A DNA stretch of 64,000 nucleotides from Eledone cirrhosa (taxonomy: Eukaryota). Numbering within the stretch: position 1 is the stretch's first letter; the number at the start of each line of letters is the position of its first letter. A program made the translations under genes and the position numbers. Shown in pieces: positions 38,561-53,952 of the stretch. The DNA is taken from contig OZ024740.1 of the NCBI GenBank assembly GCA_964016885.1, forward strand, positions 303,738,001 to 303,802,000. Reading direction: 5' to 3'. A model generated the notes under the pieces. That model did not search any database and was not told where the DNA came from. It saw only the letters and a list, made by a program, of their open reading frames with translations.

Positions 38561-39840
38561 TATAGGGTGACTAAAAGAATCGGCCCCGCGCACTATATAT
38601 TCATTTTCTAACTGATCAACCTTAAATTACATGGCAGATACAACGTCTGAGAAGACAAGACTCCAATAGGAGCTCCAGCACCAGATTTTCTGTGTGAAAC
38701 ACTACAATAAGTATGGCTCGTACAAGCAGGTCCAGGAGCAATTTCCTGCAATTTTATTGGAACAGACAAATTTCCCTTGAAAACCAATATACAAAACTGG
38801 ATGAAGAAGTTTGAGACCTAGGGACAATAGAGAACCTCAATACAATATCGGATGACCGCCCTACCTACTCTGTATGACCCAGGAAGCGTACACTGAAAAT
38901 GATTGACATGATCCGAGAGTCTTTTGAACTGAGCTCAAAACTGGGATTTCTCCACAGAAACTTACAAAAGGGTTATCAAAGAAGATCTTAAGAAGTACCC
39001 CTACAGACTAAACAAAAGCTTACGGTGGCTAGTAAGACTAAGAGAAAGGCTATGGGAAAGAAAATGCAGGAGAAGATGGAAAATAACCCAAATTTTCTGA
39101 TGATGCCCACTTTCACTTAGAGGGGGAGATCAATTCTAAGAAGAATATGTCCTCTGGAGGTCAGAGAAATCCACTGAAGTGGCTGTGAAACCTTTTCACT
39201 TGGCTAAATGTACCGTCTGGCCTGTCATTTCTGAGAGAGGGTTTATTAACCCATTCTCCTCCGAAGAAAATGATGCCACTGCTATAGTCACAAAAGAACG
39301 CTATGTGGATGTCCTGGAAGACTTCAGAAAGGAACTACAGAGCATATACCCATCTCTAATGGATAAGTTCTCGTCCTAGCAAGACGGAGCAAGCCCTCAC
39401 ACCTCCAAAGTGTAGCGAGAATAGCTGAAAAATAACTTTGGAAATCGTGTGTTCAGCTTGAAGATTGATTTTGAATGGGCTCCACAAAGTCCTGATTTAA
39501 GACTCCCCCCCCCCCACACACACACACACAGATTGGTTTCTTTGAGGTTATCTGAAGGATAGGGTGCATGTCAATAAATCCAGGTCTATCACTAAACTAA
39601 AGGAAAACATCAGGGAGGAGATCAGGGCCATCCCTAGGTTTGTTTGTAAAGACGTTATGCTAAACTTCACCATCTCCCTAAAAAAAATACATGGATTCAA
39701 ATGGGGATCACAAAACTGACAAAATAAAAACTAATAGTAATGAAAAGAAAAGAAATACTCAGCTTTCAAACACGTATTAGGTTTATTTGTCACAAATAAG
39801 TATTTCAAATGGGGATCACTTGGAACACGTGCTCTAACTC
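38561..39840 (+). mobile_element. Decayed IS630/Tc1/mariner-superfamily transposon
   Basis: Starts tatagggtg; fragments SDDAHF, KCTVW, QDGASPHT, WAPQSPDL, GYLKDRV. Confidence 0.85.
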
Positions 39841-40347
39841 TGAATATCCTCTTATTAAAATCAAAAATCCCCTTATTAAAATATCTTTTGTCACATCTTC
39901 AAGATGAGGAATCATTCACCTTTACGGTGTCTCACCTCTTAAATCAAGCTAAAACAGCAGCTCCATCGATCTCTGTCTTAGAGGAACTTCAAACACCATC
40001 AGCAACTGCTCCCTTCCTCAGACGAACGCTTAAAACAAAGATTCACTAAAACCAAATATAAAATATATTAATATTGTACCGGGAGTTGTTTTCTATCCTA
40101 TTTCTTCAAAATATGATGAGATATCGCTTTCTCTATTTTGTCTACTCGGACCATGCGGTGAAATACATCTGGGAGTTCAACGGGTCGAGGAGGCGGAACG
40201 GATGAACTGGGTTGTGTGTGCCATCCTTTCATCGACTGGTTCGTACTGTTACCATTGGGCACAACTCACACACACACAAACACAAGACACAACGCCACTT
40301 GATAGAGTTACAGAGAAAACACTGATATGACATTCTTTTAAAGTATA

Positions 40348-40832
40348 TGTACAGCCACCGGAAATAACATCTGTGAAATATACAGCGCCATCTACCTGTT
40401 AGCTAGCTACCTCACCGTGAAACAAAAGAATCCTTAAAAGCTACCAGAATAAACGCCTACACAGCGGCTAAACATCAAACGATTATTTTTGTATAAATAG
40501 AGTGGTTCCAAACACTTCGCCAGTCGACATTTGGCAGAGTCAACCCGCGTATCGTTGTTCCTCGCCTCTGTCACGCTTTGTCACTCACACACGCCTTGTA
40601 CCTCGTATCGTCGCTTCATGTGAAAATAAATAGCTGATCGAATTTACATCCCTCGCCTTGCTTCGTCCTTTCAACTTGTGCTTTCGTCTGTTCATCCTTA
40701 CCGTATGTGACAACAGTTCTTTTAAGGGCTATCTTCAGATACGATCAGACCGTATGCGATAACAGTCCTTTTAAGGGCTATTCTCGGATCTGATCGGAAG
40801 TAGTGACCAGACTGACTAACCACGTCGCTACA
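40348..40832 (+). repeat. 5' LTR
   Basis: Matches 45205-45689 with about 8 substitutions counted by eye. Confidence 0.97.
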
Positions 40833-43800
40833 ATTGGTGACCTCGACGTGATTCGAACGCGCAACCAGACAGCACTTAAGAAGATACCAACATGGACATG
40901 TCACAAACAACGACAGAGGCCGAGATTTCAGAGCTGCGGGCTATGATCAGAGAGCGGGCTGGTCAAATTAAAGCCCTCTCAAATCAAGTAGAGAACCTGA
41001 CCTTTCAAACACACCGGCGACGCAGCAACGGTCGATCCAGGCCTTTTCACAGTCGAAGATCCAGAAGTCCCAGTCAAAATCGTGTGTCTGGCAACCTCTG
41101 CTGGTATCACGCAAAATTCGGTGCACAGGCATCTAAATGCAAAGCCCCGTGCTCTTTCCAGAATACCACCCAGGGCCTAGCGACGACGTTCACCCCTGGT
41201 ACTGAAAAGAAAAGTCGTCTATTTGTTATTAACGACCAGGCGACAGGCATCCGTTACCTCGTGGATACAGGAGCCTAGGTTAGTGTTATTCCTGTTTCAC
41301 TAATCTCGGGCAAAAGACACCCAACACCGTCCTTTCTGCAGGAAGTCAACCGATTGTCAATTCCGAATTTCGGGGAAAAATCACTGACCGTCATTTTAGG
41401 CCTGTGGCAGCGTTTTCAATGGGTGTTCGTCGTGGCAGACCTGCCGACCCCGATCCTAGGAGCCGATTTTCTCCACCACTTCAACCTTCTGGTGGACATG
41501 AAGAACCGGAGGCTTATCGACACCACCACAAACCTCACTGTGAGAGGTATATTTACCACGCAATCCACAGTGAGCCCCGTAATTTGCTAGTCAGAGCCTT
41601 CGCGGTACAACGGCATTCTCCAGAAATACCCAGACATCACTCGCCCGGTATTTAAGGATGGTCCTATTAAGCATAGTGTCACACATCACATCGAGACAAG
41701 AGGACCACCCACAGCTGCCCGACCAAGGAGACTGCCTCCAGACCGATTGAGAATCGCCAAGCAGGAGTTCCAACACATGCTGGACCTCGGAATCATTCGC
41801 CCTTCCTCCAGCAACTGGTCTGCACCCCTACACCTTGTTCCTAAAAAAACCGAGAATGATTGGCGACCATGTGGGGATTATCGTGCACTTAACAATTCTA
41901 CAGTACCCGATAATTACCCTGTACCTCACTTGCACGACTTTTCTACCTCTCTGCAAGGCGCCCGCATCTTTTCCAAGATAGATTTGGTGCGTGCATATAA
42001 CCAGATACCTATGGAGCCTGCAGATATTCCGAAGACCACAATCACAACACCGTTCGGTTTATTTGAATTCCTGCGAATGCCGTTCGGTCTGCGCAACGCT
42101 GCTCAAACTTTTCAGCGGTTTATTGACACCGTGTTACGCGATCTACCCTTCGTATACGCGTATATTGACGACGTGCTGGTAGCAAGTACTTCCGAGCATT
42201 AACACGAGAAGCACTTAAATCTCCTTTTCCGACGTTTGGCTGAGTACGGTATCATCCTCAACCACAGCAAGTGCCTTCTCGGCGTTCCTTCACTGTCCTT
42301 TCTCGGGCACATCATCGATAAAGACGGCATCCGTCCACTTCCCGAGAAAGTGGAAGCTATCTGCAGTCTTCCCACACCTACATCACTTCGGAAACTGCGT
42401 GAATTCCTCGGTCTGGTGAATTTTTATAGGCGTTTTATCCCTCATTGTTCCGACGCAGCCAGACTCCTCACGGACCTTCTTCGTAGCCGGACTCGCAAAA
42501 ACGAAGAGATCACTCTAAACGAGGAATAATTAACATCTTTTAACCGCCTGAAGGAAATGTTGGCAAACGCTTCCAGGCTCGTTTTCCCCAGGTCTGGCGC
42601 TCCTCTTTCGCTGCTAGTGGACGCATCAGACACGGGGTTTGGAGGCGTTTTACAACATGTCGACGACGTGTGGCAACCCTTATCCTTCTTTTCTAAGTGG
42701 TTGCAACCGGCAGAAACGAAATACAGTACCTTTGGCTGCGAACTCTTGGCAACCTATCTTTCGGTTAAGCATTGTCGGCACATGCTCGAAGGATCAGATT
42801 TCGTGATCTACACGGACCATAAACCACTAGTTTATGCGTTCCGTACCAAACCTAATCGACATTCACCGAGAGAACTCCGACACCTGGATTTTGTCTCCCA
42901 ATATTCAACTGATATTCGGCATATCAAGGGATCAGACAACGTAGCAGCCGACGCCCTGTCCCGAATCCAGCTGAACGCAATACATGTGCATTCGGGCATC
43001 GACCTTCAACAGATCGCAGCTGACCAAGAAACTGACGAAGAGTTTATCAAGCTCCGAGATTCGCCATCCCTCTAGTTTCAGAAAGTTCCCATTCCTTCTT
43101 CTCCGGGACAAATTTGGTGCGACTTTTCTACCGGTCATGAACGACCGTACGTACCACAGATGCATCGTCGACAAGTTTTTTCTTGCTTTACACTGCTTGT
43201 CTCACCCGGGAATCCGGGCTACACAGAAACTCATCTCTGCTCGTTTTGTGTGGACTAACATTAACAAGGACGTGCGCGACTGGTCCATGGGCTGCATTGC
43301 CTGCCAGAAAGCCAAAGTCCACAGACACATCAAAATTCCACTCGGCACATTCGCGCAACCTGATGCACGTTTTCATCATGTGCATATCGACATCGTCGGA
43401 CCTCTACCACCATCACAGAACTACACACACTTGGCCACCTGCATAGATCGATTTTCTCGTTGGCCTGAGGCTTTTCCCATAAATGATACCTCAGCGGAAA
43501 CAGTCGCTAAAACTTTGGTTTTACACTGGGTATCACGTTATGGCGCCCCAGCGAAGATAACAACGGACAGAGGACGCCAGTTTGACTCCCCCCTCTTCAG
43601 GGAACTGACTCGCCTGTTAGGATGTAAACACATCCGCACGACAGCTTATCACCCGCAAGCTAATGGTCTCGTGGAAAGATTCCATCGCCAATTGAAAGCT
43701 GCAATAAAAGCATATCCAGACAAGACCCACTGGTTTGAATACCTACCACTCATCCTTCTGGGCATTCGATCCACCGTTAAGGAGGAATTCGGACACACCT

Positions 43801-45204
43801 GCAGAATTAGTGTACGGCACCACTCTGGTTCTACCTGGTTAGATGGTTGCTCCCATCTCTCCTCAGGATGTTCCAGACCCAGGATCATACGTACACCGTC
43901 TTCGACAATATATGTCTCACCTTGCTCCTGCAAGCACTCGTCAACAGAACACGGCCACACACGTACCTTCAGAAATTAAAGATTGGACACACGTTTTCGT
44001 TCGAAACGACACCATCTCAGCTCATCTCTTCGACCTCCATATTCTGACCCTTTTCGCGTTCTAAAAAAATATCCGAAATATTTTATTCTCGATCTAGATG
44101 GTAAACAGAATTCTGTCAGCGTGGACAGATTAAAAAAAGCCATCATGGATACTGTTACAGTCTCTACACCAGAAACTCCAACAGATTGCTGTCCCAGCGA
44201 GCCACATGTTTCATCTCCAGTCATGAGAAGTGGACGACGCGTCCATTGGCCCGCCAAGTTGGCACAATATGTGAATTACCGTTAACCTCAAGTGGGTTTC
44301 TTAATCATTCTTCGTGCAAAACATTTCCATTTTTCTTATGTTTACTATTTCCAGTTTCAAATACAATGAACTTTCTGCTTGAACAATTGCAATTTTTAGT
44401 GACCATGTGCTCATGTCACGAAGAACATTATTTATAATGAACATTATTTATTACAAACTCTATTTAAGAACAAATATTGTGTATATCACTGTGTATAACA
44501 TTTTTTTTATTCTCTCTTGTTTTGTTAAAATTTTTATTTTTCTTGTTCTGTAACATTGATTGTGTAATTGCCATAATTTTTATATACATACAAGGCGTGT
44601 ACATATTCTGTTTTTCATGCACACTACAAAACCACGTTTGTTTCACCTTTTGGTTCATACACGGAGCAATAGATATTTGTGTCCCTCTAACTCTTACACT
44701 ACAAAATGTTTTCTCTTTGATCACGCATTTCACAAATCGCATCCTCAAAACACTGGCCTTCTTTTTTCCCGTACACATTCACTCAATAGCTCGAGAATGC
44801 CTCGCTATTATTTTACCACATGCATTCGCTCAAGTCATATGCTGTGGAGCAAACTGTTACTTTTAGGCAGCATGCTTACGGCCATTCAGTTCACACATTA
44901 CGGTTATCTTCACTACCCAGTTAGACTTTTGTCACGCAATTCACAGGCAGCTCAACCCAAATTGCAACAGGCTCATTCATCACGCCTGCATAAATCTGGT
45001 CAAAGTCATTTTATAGTTTATTTCTTTTTTCTCTTCCTGACACACACATCTTGCCATATCATCTCTACATCGACTCTGTCCTGTACTCGATGATCACAAA
45101 ATTTCACGACGTGCTGGGGCTATTGTCATGACAAATGCACCACTGGCCCATTACTATACGATATTTCGCTCTTAAGTTGTACAAAAGATCTGGCAGGGGG
45201 ATAA

Positions 45205-45689
45205 TGTACAGCCACCGGAAATAACATCTGTGAAATATACAGCGCCATCTACCTGTTAGCTAGCTACCTCACCGTGAAACAAAAGAATCTTTAGAAGCTA
45301 CCAGAATAAACGCCTACACAGCGGCTAAACATCAAACGATTATTTCTGTATAAATAGAGTGGTTCCAAACACTTCAGCAGTCGACATTTGGCAGAGTCAA
45401 CCCGCGTATCGTTGTCCCTCGCCTCTGCCACGCTTTGTCACTCACACACGCCTTGTACCTCGTATCGTCGCTTCATGTGAAAATAAATAGCTGATCAAAT
45501 TTACATCCCTCGCCTTGCTTCGTCCTTTCAACTTGTGCTTTCGTCTGTTCATCCTTACCGTATGTGACAACAGTTCTTTTAAGGGCTATCTTCAGATACG
45601 ATCAGACCGTATGCGATAACAGTCCTTTTAAGGGCTATTCTCGGATCTGATCGGAAGTAGTGACCAGACTGACTAACCACGTCGCTACA
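45205..45689 (+). repeat. 3' LTR
   Basis: Preceded by polypurine tract ggcagggggataa. Confidence 0.97.
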
Positions 45690-46928
45690 TATATATTTAT
45701 ATATCATGTAGTTTGTTTAGTTCATATTAGATACTCTCGGGTCCCAAATAATAGGGAAGGTTGGAATAAACGGGGGGGGGGGTAATTTGTTTGGGGTTGT
45801 CTGCATTGGTTTTTTAAAAACTAGAATTAGTTGCTTAGTTTACATATTGAGACCCCAACCCATACTAGTTATTCTATAACGTATGGGATTTCTAGTAATG
45901 TACTTTTTTTTGTTATGTATGTGTTTTTTTAATGTCTAAAGAAAATTGTCGCAGGAATGCTACAACTTAAAATAAAATTTCGCCGGAGATGAAGTAGCAA
46001 AATTTAATAAGCGGGGGATGGTGAAATAAGAGCGGCAGGAGGGTTGGAAAAAATCTGAAAAATCAATAAGCGGCGTAGGGGTGCTATTTTTCGAGACTTA
46101 AGTGTAGGCGAAAACCTAGTTATCGTTAAGCACTTTTCCTACTTCCTACAACTCATTTTTCCTCTAATCCTTTTACTAATCTTTTTGCTTTTCTTAGTAT
46201 TCCCATTTCTCTCCTTCTGTTCACAATAATTCTACTGCATCTCATTACATTATATAAACATCATACGATCTTAATGTTTATCTAACAACTTAATGTCGAC
46301 AGCACGAAGCCAGTCTAATAATTTTTTCTGAAATCAATTTATTCTACATACACTTCCTGGAAGATTACTTCTGTGCTTGGTTTCTGAAAGCCAACTAAAA
46401 TCGTTTGTAAACGATAATGCCGATGGCAACATGAATTATTTCAATGTAAATCTGTTTTCCCAAAAAACTTCTGACAAAACTGACAAAATAAAAACTAATA
46501 GTAATGAAAAGAAAAGAAATACTCAGTTTTTAAACACGTATTAGGTTTATTTATCACAAATAAGTATTTCTCTATTATTACTCCTATCATTCCTACTTTC
46601 AAAATATTCATAGTTCTTCGTACATTCACGGATGTAAATCCTTCGACACATCATCAGTGTTGTATCCTTGGTGTCATTGGGTCTTTCAGAGTGTCATACA
46701 GCATACACTATATATATATAGAGAGAGAGAGAAAGTGGGTAATAGGAACAAGTATGACCCCGACGGCAGAGCCCAAGCCGTTTCGACGGCTAATTCTGGA
46801 TTATATATATATATATATATATAATTCTGGACTATATATATATATGCAGAGGTTATATTTAATTTGTTGGGATTCAACAAGCTTAAAAAAAATTTATATA
46901 TATGTGTGTGTGTGTGTTTATATGTGCG

Positions 46929-46962
<34 letters not shown>

Positions 46963-46970
46963 TACATATA

Positions 46971-47199
46971 CAGGGGCGGTGGAAGCATTTCTGAATTGGG
47001 GGCGGAGAATTCGGACAATTTAGTTGTAGTGATTAGTTGTGCTCTAAAATGGTCACAAAACTTCGATATCCGATAAATATAACACGTACATAAATTGTAG
47101 CGCGTATCCAAATAGATGCGTGTTTTGGGAGTTTGGGGAGAAAAATATCATAATTGGTGGAGAGGGAGCATGGCCTCCTACCCCTCGGTGTTCCACCGG

Positions 47200-47203
<4 letters not shown>
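46971..47203. mobile_element. hAT-like MITE in (TA)n; partial homolog at about 28980-29055
   Basis: TIRs caggggcggtggaa / ttccaccggcccta. Confidence 0.7.
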
Positions 47204-47277
<74 letters not shown>

Positions 47278-47624
47278 ATAATAATAAATTTGAAGACTAA
47301 AATCCAAAGAGGGCTCGATAAGGATAAATATATATCAAATATATAAGAACCGTATATATATATATATATATATATAACTTTTAAAAGGAATTATGCTCTG
47401 TACCCTTTCCTGGGGAGTTAATATATCGAGCTTCTTCGCATTTGGTAATAAACTGGTATTATACCCAATTTATTCATCTACTACATAATATGTGTATATA
47501 TATGTGTGTGTGTGTATGTATTTATATATGTATGTATATATATGTGTGTGTGTATGTATATATACATGTAGCTGGACAGTCACTTTTAAAATTCTCTTAG
47601 TGTTGTCTGAAATGTATAGCCTTA

Positions 47625-47702
47625 CACACGCTGATGAACCGAGGTTATTCCATTTCTGTCAAAAAAATACTGGCGAAACATCCCTTTGGAATTGTACGTG
47701 TG
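47625..47702 (+). ncRNA. Type I hammerhead ribozyme (partly decayed)
   Basis: cacacg-CTGATGA-acc...tggc-GAAACatccctttggaattGTA-cgtgtg. Confidence 0.65.
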
Positions 47703-47913
47703 ATATATAGTTATAGAGGTATTTATTTACGCTTTAATTTATATTTTTAATTATCGTGTCTATACTCTGCCTTTCATGGGTTATAGATTCCATACACTGG
47801 TGGTTTTTTCCCTGTTTTATTGCTAGCGCACTGTATATCTCTCTCTGGTGTGTTACCTTTTCACATTATTTACAGGGAATAGCGAGGGCCTATAGCTCCG
47901 TTAATTTATCGTG

Positions 47914-49202
<1,289 letters not shown>

Positions 49203-49464
49203 AAACAAATTTCGCTCTACATGGCTGAATACAATATATGTAGTCTGAGTTTTTCGAATATTAATAATAACATTCGATTCGTAGCCATGTCAGTAGAATG
49301 AAGACTTCATTCTTGCTCTTATGTTCGCATGCCAACACAAGAGCAAGAATGAAGTGTTCATTCTACTGACATGGCTATAAAATTGAGGCTTGTTTGCATA
49401 ATTGCAAACGAATCGAATGTTATTAATAGTATTCGAAAAACTCAGATTACATTTATTATATATA

Positions 49465-49560
<96 letters not shown>

Positions 49561-49972
49561 TTCAAGACTAAATATCCAAATTGATTGCTAACTATATCTC
49601 TATTTAATCTAAATGTTTCTTGGTACATACAGACAATTTTTAGTTAATGTTCTTTTTTTTTTCTTTTCTTCTTTTTTTTTTCACGTGCATTAAAATAATG
49701 ATTTATATCAGAATGAATATTATATATTTCCCTCATGTGACAATATTTTATTGAATTATTTATGGTTTTCACAATCTACTCTATCTGCATCTATTTATTA
49801 TTTTATTGACAGAATTGTTGGTATGAGTAAATCATATCTCTCACTTTACGAAATGAAAAATAACCGGTTGGAGTTGCAATCACCCAACAATAAAAATCAC
49901 ATGGTCGTATATATATATATATATTTATATATAAAGAAAAAATTAAAAATTGGTTAAAAAAGTTTCATATAT

Positions 49973-50283
49973 TTTTAAAAAAGCATCATCACGATATATT
50001 CCACCGCGAAGTTGAGGAATTTTCCGATTTAAAGAGTTCAAGATGAAAATTCCAACCAAGTCTGTCAATTGAGCTGAATCCGACGAACCCATGGTGATGT
50101 CGAAATTGTTGGAAGTATCCGCTCTTGTCCAATATTCATTGTTAAATTCCAGGATGGTTTGCGGTGAGAATGATGTTCAATTCATCAGTAGTGATGTCCG
50201 AGTATTTAGACGCATATGAGAGAGCCTTGTTAAGGAGTGAAGGAGAAATAGAAGGAAATAGCTAGCAATGTCTAACTGAATAA
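49973..50283 (-). mobile_element. Penelope-like RT core, inverted segment
   Basis: FIQLDIASYF...FDITMGSSDSAQLTDLVGIFILNSL...GIYRDDAFLK, with frameshifts. Confidence 0.85.
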
Positions 50284-50284
50284 A

Positions 50285-50555
50285 TTTCTTTAAATCGGAA
50301 AATTGTAACAAAGTAAACTTTAATATTATTAAGAAAAATATACTTGAACTATTTAAGCATCTTAACCTAAAAATAGAATTCGAGAATAATGATAAATTAA
50401 CAAATTTCCTTGATATATCTCTTAATCTAGATACCGGCCTATATTACCCATACCATAAGGATAATGAGAACCTAAATTATGTTAACTTTAAATCAAACCA
50501 CCCTAATAATGTTAAAACTGCTATAGTCAGAAGTGTTGAAAAAAAAATCGGAAAT
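50285..50555 (+). mobile_element. Penelope-like RT continuation
   Basis: FLKSENCNK...LTNFLDISLNLDTGLYYPYHKDNENLNYVNFKSNHP. Confidence 0.85.
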
Positions 50556-50561
50556 AGTTAG

Positions 50562-50662
<101 letters not shown>

Positions 50663-51087
50663 AGGGCCTTGTTTCAGGAACGTGGGACAAACCATCTTTT
50701 GTCCCCCCTACTTTTTACCAATTAAAAAACAAAGAGTTTATGCGGCCCACAAGCCAGCCGAGGAAAAAATACGAAGATGTACCTTAAATAAATTTAAAAG
50801 AAACGAAGAAAATAAATAAAAGAAGCTTGTCAACGAATTCCCTACGACGATAAAAGAAAAATGGAGGAGATCAAAGAAAATGAAAATAAGAACATCAACT
50901 ATGACAACAGTTACAAGAACAACTTCAACAGAAACAACAAGAAAACGAAGCAATGGTGATGAAAGGTGTGGGTGTATACTTATACATACATACAAACATA
51001 CACACGCATGCATACATACATACATACATACATACATACATACATACATACATACATACATACATACATACATACATACATACATAC

Positions 51088-53545
51088 AAGATCAAAAACA
51101 CCACTGCAAGATTTTTAAAAAAAACAGGAAGAGACATGATTGTCGGTTACTGGTACAAAAAACTGATATTCTATCAGAGGTATCTTACCGACCTCCACCA
51201 ACAAGCTCTCAAGGGAGATACACTTATACCAGAATGATTGACATTAGCAAAAACAATACTGGTCCCCAAGAACATAGACACCCACTTGGCAAAAAACTAC
51301 TGACCCCTTTCATGCCAGAACCTGGTGTATAAGATGTATACAGCCTGCCTGAACCTATTCCTCCAAGATCACTGTGAAAATAATAACATCATCACAGATG
51401 AACAAGCAGTTGGAAAGAAAGTGGTTTGGGGGTGTGCTGAATCAGCAAAACTTCGATGTCGGTTGTGCGACAACTTAGGAGGAATATGGCTACAGTCTGG
51501 CTGGACTACAGGAAAGCTTTCGATTCTGTTCCTCACTCTTAGATGATAGAGGCCCTCCAGCTTGCTAAAGTCCCAGACATTATTATCAGAGCCATAGAGA
51601 ATCTGTCTTCTTCTTGGGCTACTATCCTAAGGTTAAAGACAGAGAGGGAGGACTCTATTTTCACTGATAAAATAAAATATCGCAGGGGTATATTTCAAGG
51701 AGACAGTCTCTCTGTGATACTATTTATCTTGTCATTAAACCCTTTGTCCTTTCTGCTCAAGAAATGTGAAGGATACATCATTGGCTCACAGGAGGACAGA
51801 AATACGAACCTTACCCATAATTTCTTTGTGGATGATCTGAAACTCTATACCAAGAACATAGATGGGATGAAGAAAAATCTTGACCTGGTTACAACATTCT
51901 CAAAGGAGATAGGAATGGAGTTTGGCCAAGATAAATGTTCATATATGATTGTAAAACGGGGAAAAACAACAACCCAATCTAGCAACATTGTCATCAATGG
52001 CCTAACTGTTTCACCGATATTTGATGAGGACTGCTACAGATACCTGGGGATAGATGAGAACATATCCTATAGTGGTATCTGTAATAAGGAACGCGTAACC
52101 AGGGAGTATTACACCCGATTAAGAAAAATATGGTTATCGGAACTCGCACAATAAAACAGTGGCTCACAATGTGTTTGCTGTGCCTGTCCTAACACCATCG
52201 TTTGGAATACACAATTGGACGATAGACGAAATCCGAGCAGTTGATGTTAGGACTCGAAAAATACTAAACAACACCGGAAACTTCCACATCAACAGTGACG
52301 TAGACCGCCTCTACTTGAAACGTAAGCAGGGAGGCAGAGGCCTAACATCAGTCCAGACAGCATTTGAATGTCGCATCATATCCCTCCGACAACATCTACG
52401 AACCTCGAAGCGTAGGAGCCCGCCTCTCGAGCAATTCTATCAGCACGTGACAGATAAGATCATGAGAGTTGGGAAGGAACTCCTTGAAAGATATTCCCTG
52501 TGTGATAATCAAAAACTCACACTCAGTGAAGTTGCTCAGCAGTACCGCAGTGAATCCATGGGTGGAAAATTGCATGCTTATCAGCAAAACATCATGCATG
52601 GACATGTTGCCAGGAAGCTCCAGAGTGAGAGTAATATATATAAACAAAGTAGTCTATCTTGGACCAACAACCGCTATATTGGCTCCCACTTTGAAGGTTA
52701 CGCTTTTGCAATCCAAGAACAGGAAATCAACACGAAATACCTGATTCACAAAAGAAATAGGGATGCAGGCAAAACACCTAGATGTGACAACAAGTGCAGA
52801 CTCTGCAGAATTAACATCGAAGATGTCATCCATGTCATAAGCAACTGTCCAAAGATGTCATCGCGATACTATCTATCTATGAGGCATGATGTAGTGGCCA
52901 AAACACTGTACAATGCAATCCGTAGAAAAGATAGCCTCGATTAAAAGCTACAGCAATGTGGAAGATATACATATACATGATATGAAAGAGTACTGGAGGA
53001 ATATTCCAGTACAAACCCCAATAAAGTGCAGGCATAACAGACCAGATATAATGATATGGGACAGAGAAAAGAAGGCATGCACAGTAGTGGAAGTTAGCTA
53101 CCCAACAGATGACAATATAATATCAAAGATTAGCGAAAAGGAGAATATTTATGCAGAACTGATGAGAAATCTGCAGATACTCCACCCTGACTATACCTTC
53201 AGATTTATGCCTGTGATTATTGGGGCACTGGGATATGTTAGTAACTGCCTCAATACAAATCTTGAGAAGCTGGGCTCCACAGAAATAGAAAGAACACTAC
53301 TAGTTAGGAAATTACAAGTACAATCCATTAATGGAACAGTAAAAATATGTAAAACATTCCAAAAAAATTTGCATCTAATAACTGCATATACACATGTACA
53401 GATACAAAGCCTTTTCACATGCACACATACAACATATCTACCTAGTTGATGTTGTGTAAATTCCAATGAGAGAGTCTTGTAACTATGTTAGAAACCGACT
53501 CTCTCTCTATTGGCAAACATTTGTGAAATTATAAAACCAGAAGAA
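51088..53545 (+). mobile_element. 5'-truncated R4/Dong-type LINE (RT, CCHC and restriction-like endonuclease)
   Basis: GIFQGDSLS, FVDDLK, CRLC..HVISNC..RHD, NRPDI..VEVS; (CATA)n on both sides. Confidence 0.92.
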
Positions 53546-53911
53546 CATACATACATACATACATACATACATACATACATACATACATACATACATACAT
53601 ACATACATACATACATACATACATACATACATAGGCCGGCGTTGGTGTTTGATGAGATTGAAAATCTGGTCAGCCTTTAGGTAGAGCTGAGGTATTTAAT
53701 CTCCCTAGGTAATAAAATCTGGAGACAAAATTCTCTCCTTACCAAAAAAACAAATCATGTCAACATCCTTATAGGCACATAAACACACACTAAAATATAA
53801 ATGCATGCATATATACAACTATATAAATGTATAGCTATATACATACGTAAATGTATGTATATACAGTATTTATGTATGTAGATTTATATATATATATATT
53901 ATACACACATG

Positions 53912-53952
<41 letters not shown>

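Larger units (their letters stand above)
40348..45689 (+). mobile_element. Gypsy LTR retrotransposon, CsRn1-type, both LTRs present, gag 5' part deleted, pol disrupted
   Basis: 485-bp TG...CA LTRs, TATA TSD, tRNA-Trp PBS at 40835, PPT at 45192-45204; CWYH..C..PC, VDTG, YIDD, RNase H and integrase. Confidence 0.97.

Noticed and set aside
39926-40045. Possible minus-strand exon with AG/GT-like borders
   Set aside because: Stops in all three frames.
46610-46665. Minus-strand CTGATGA; similar isolated cores at 14727, 36518 and 36759
   Set aside because: No correctly placed GAAA or stems I/III.
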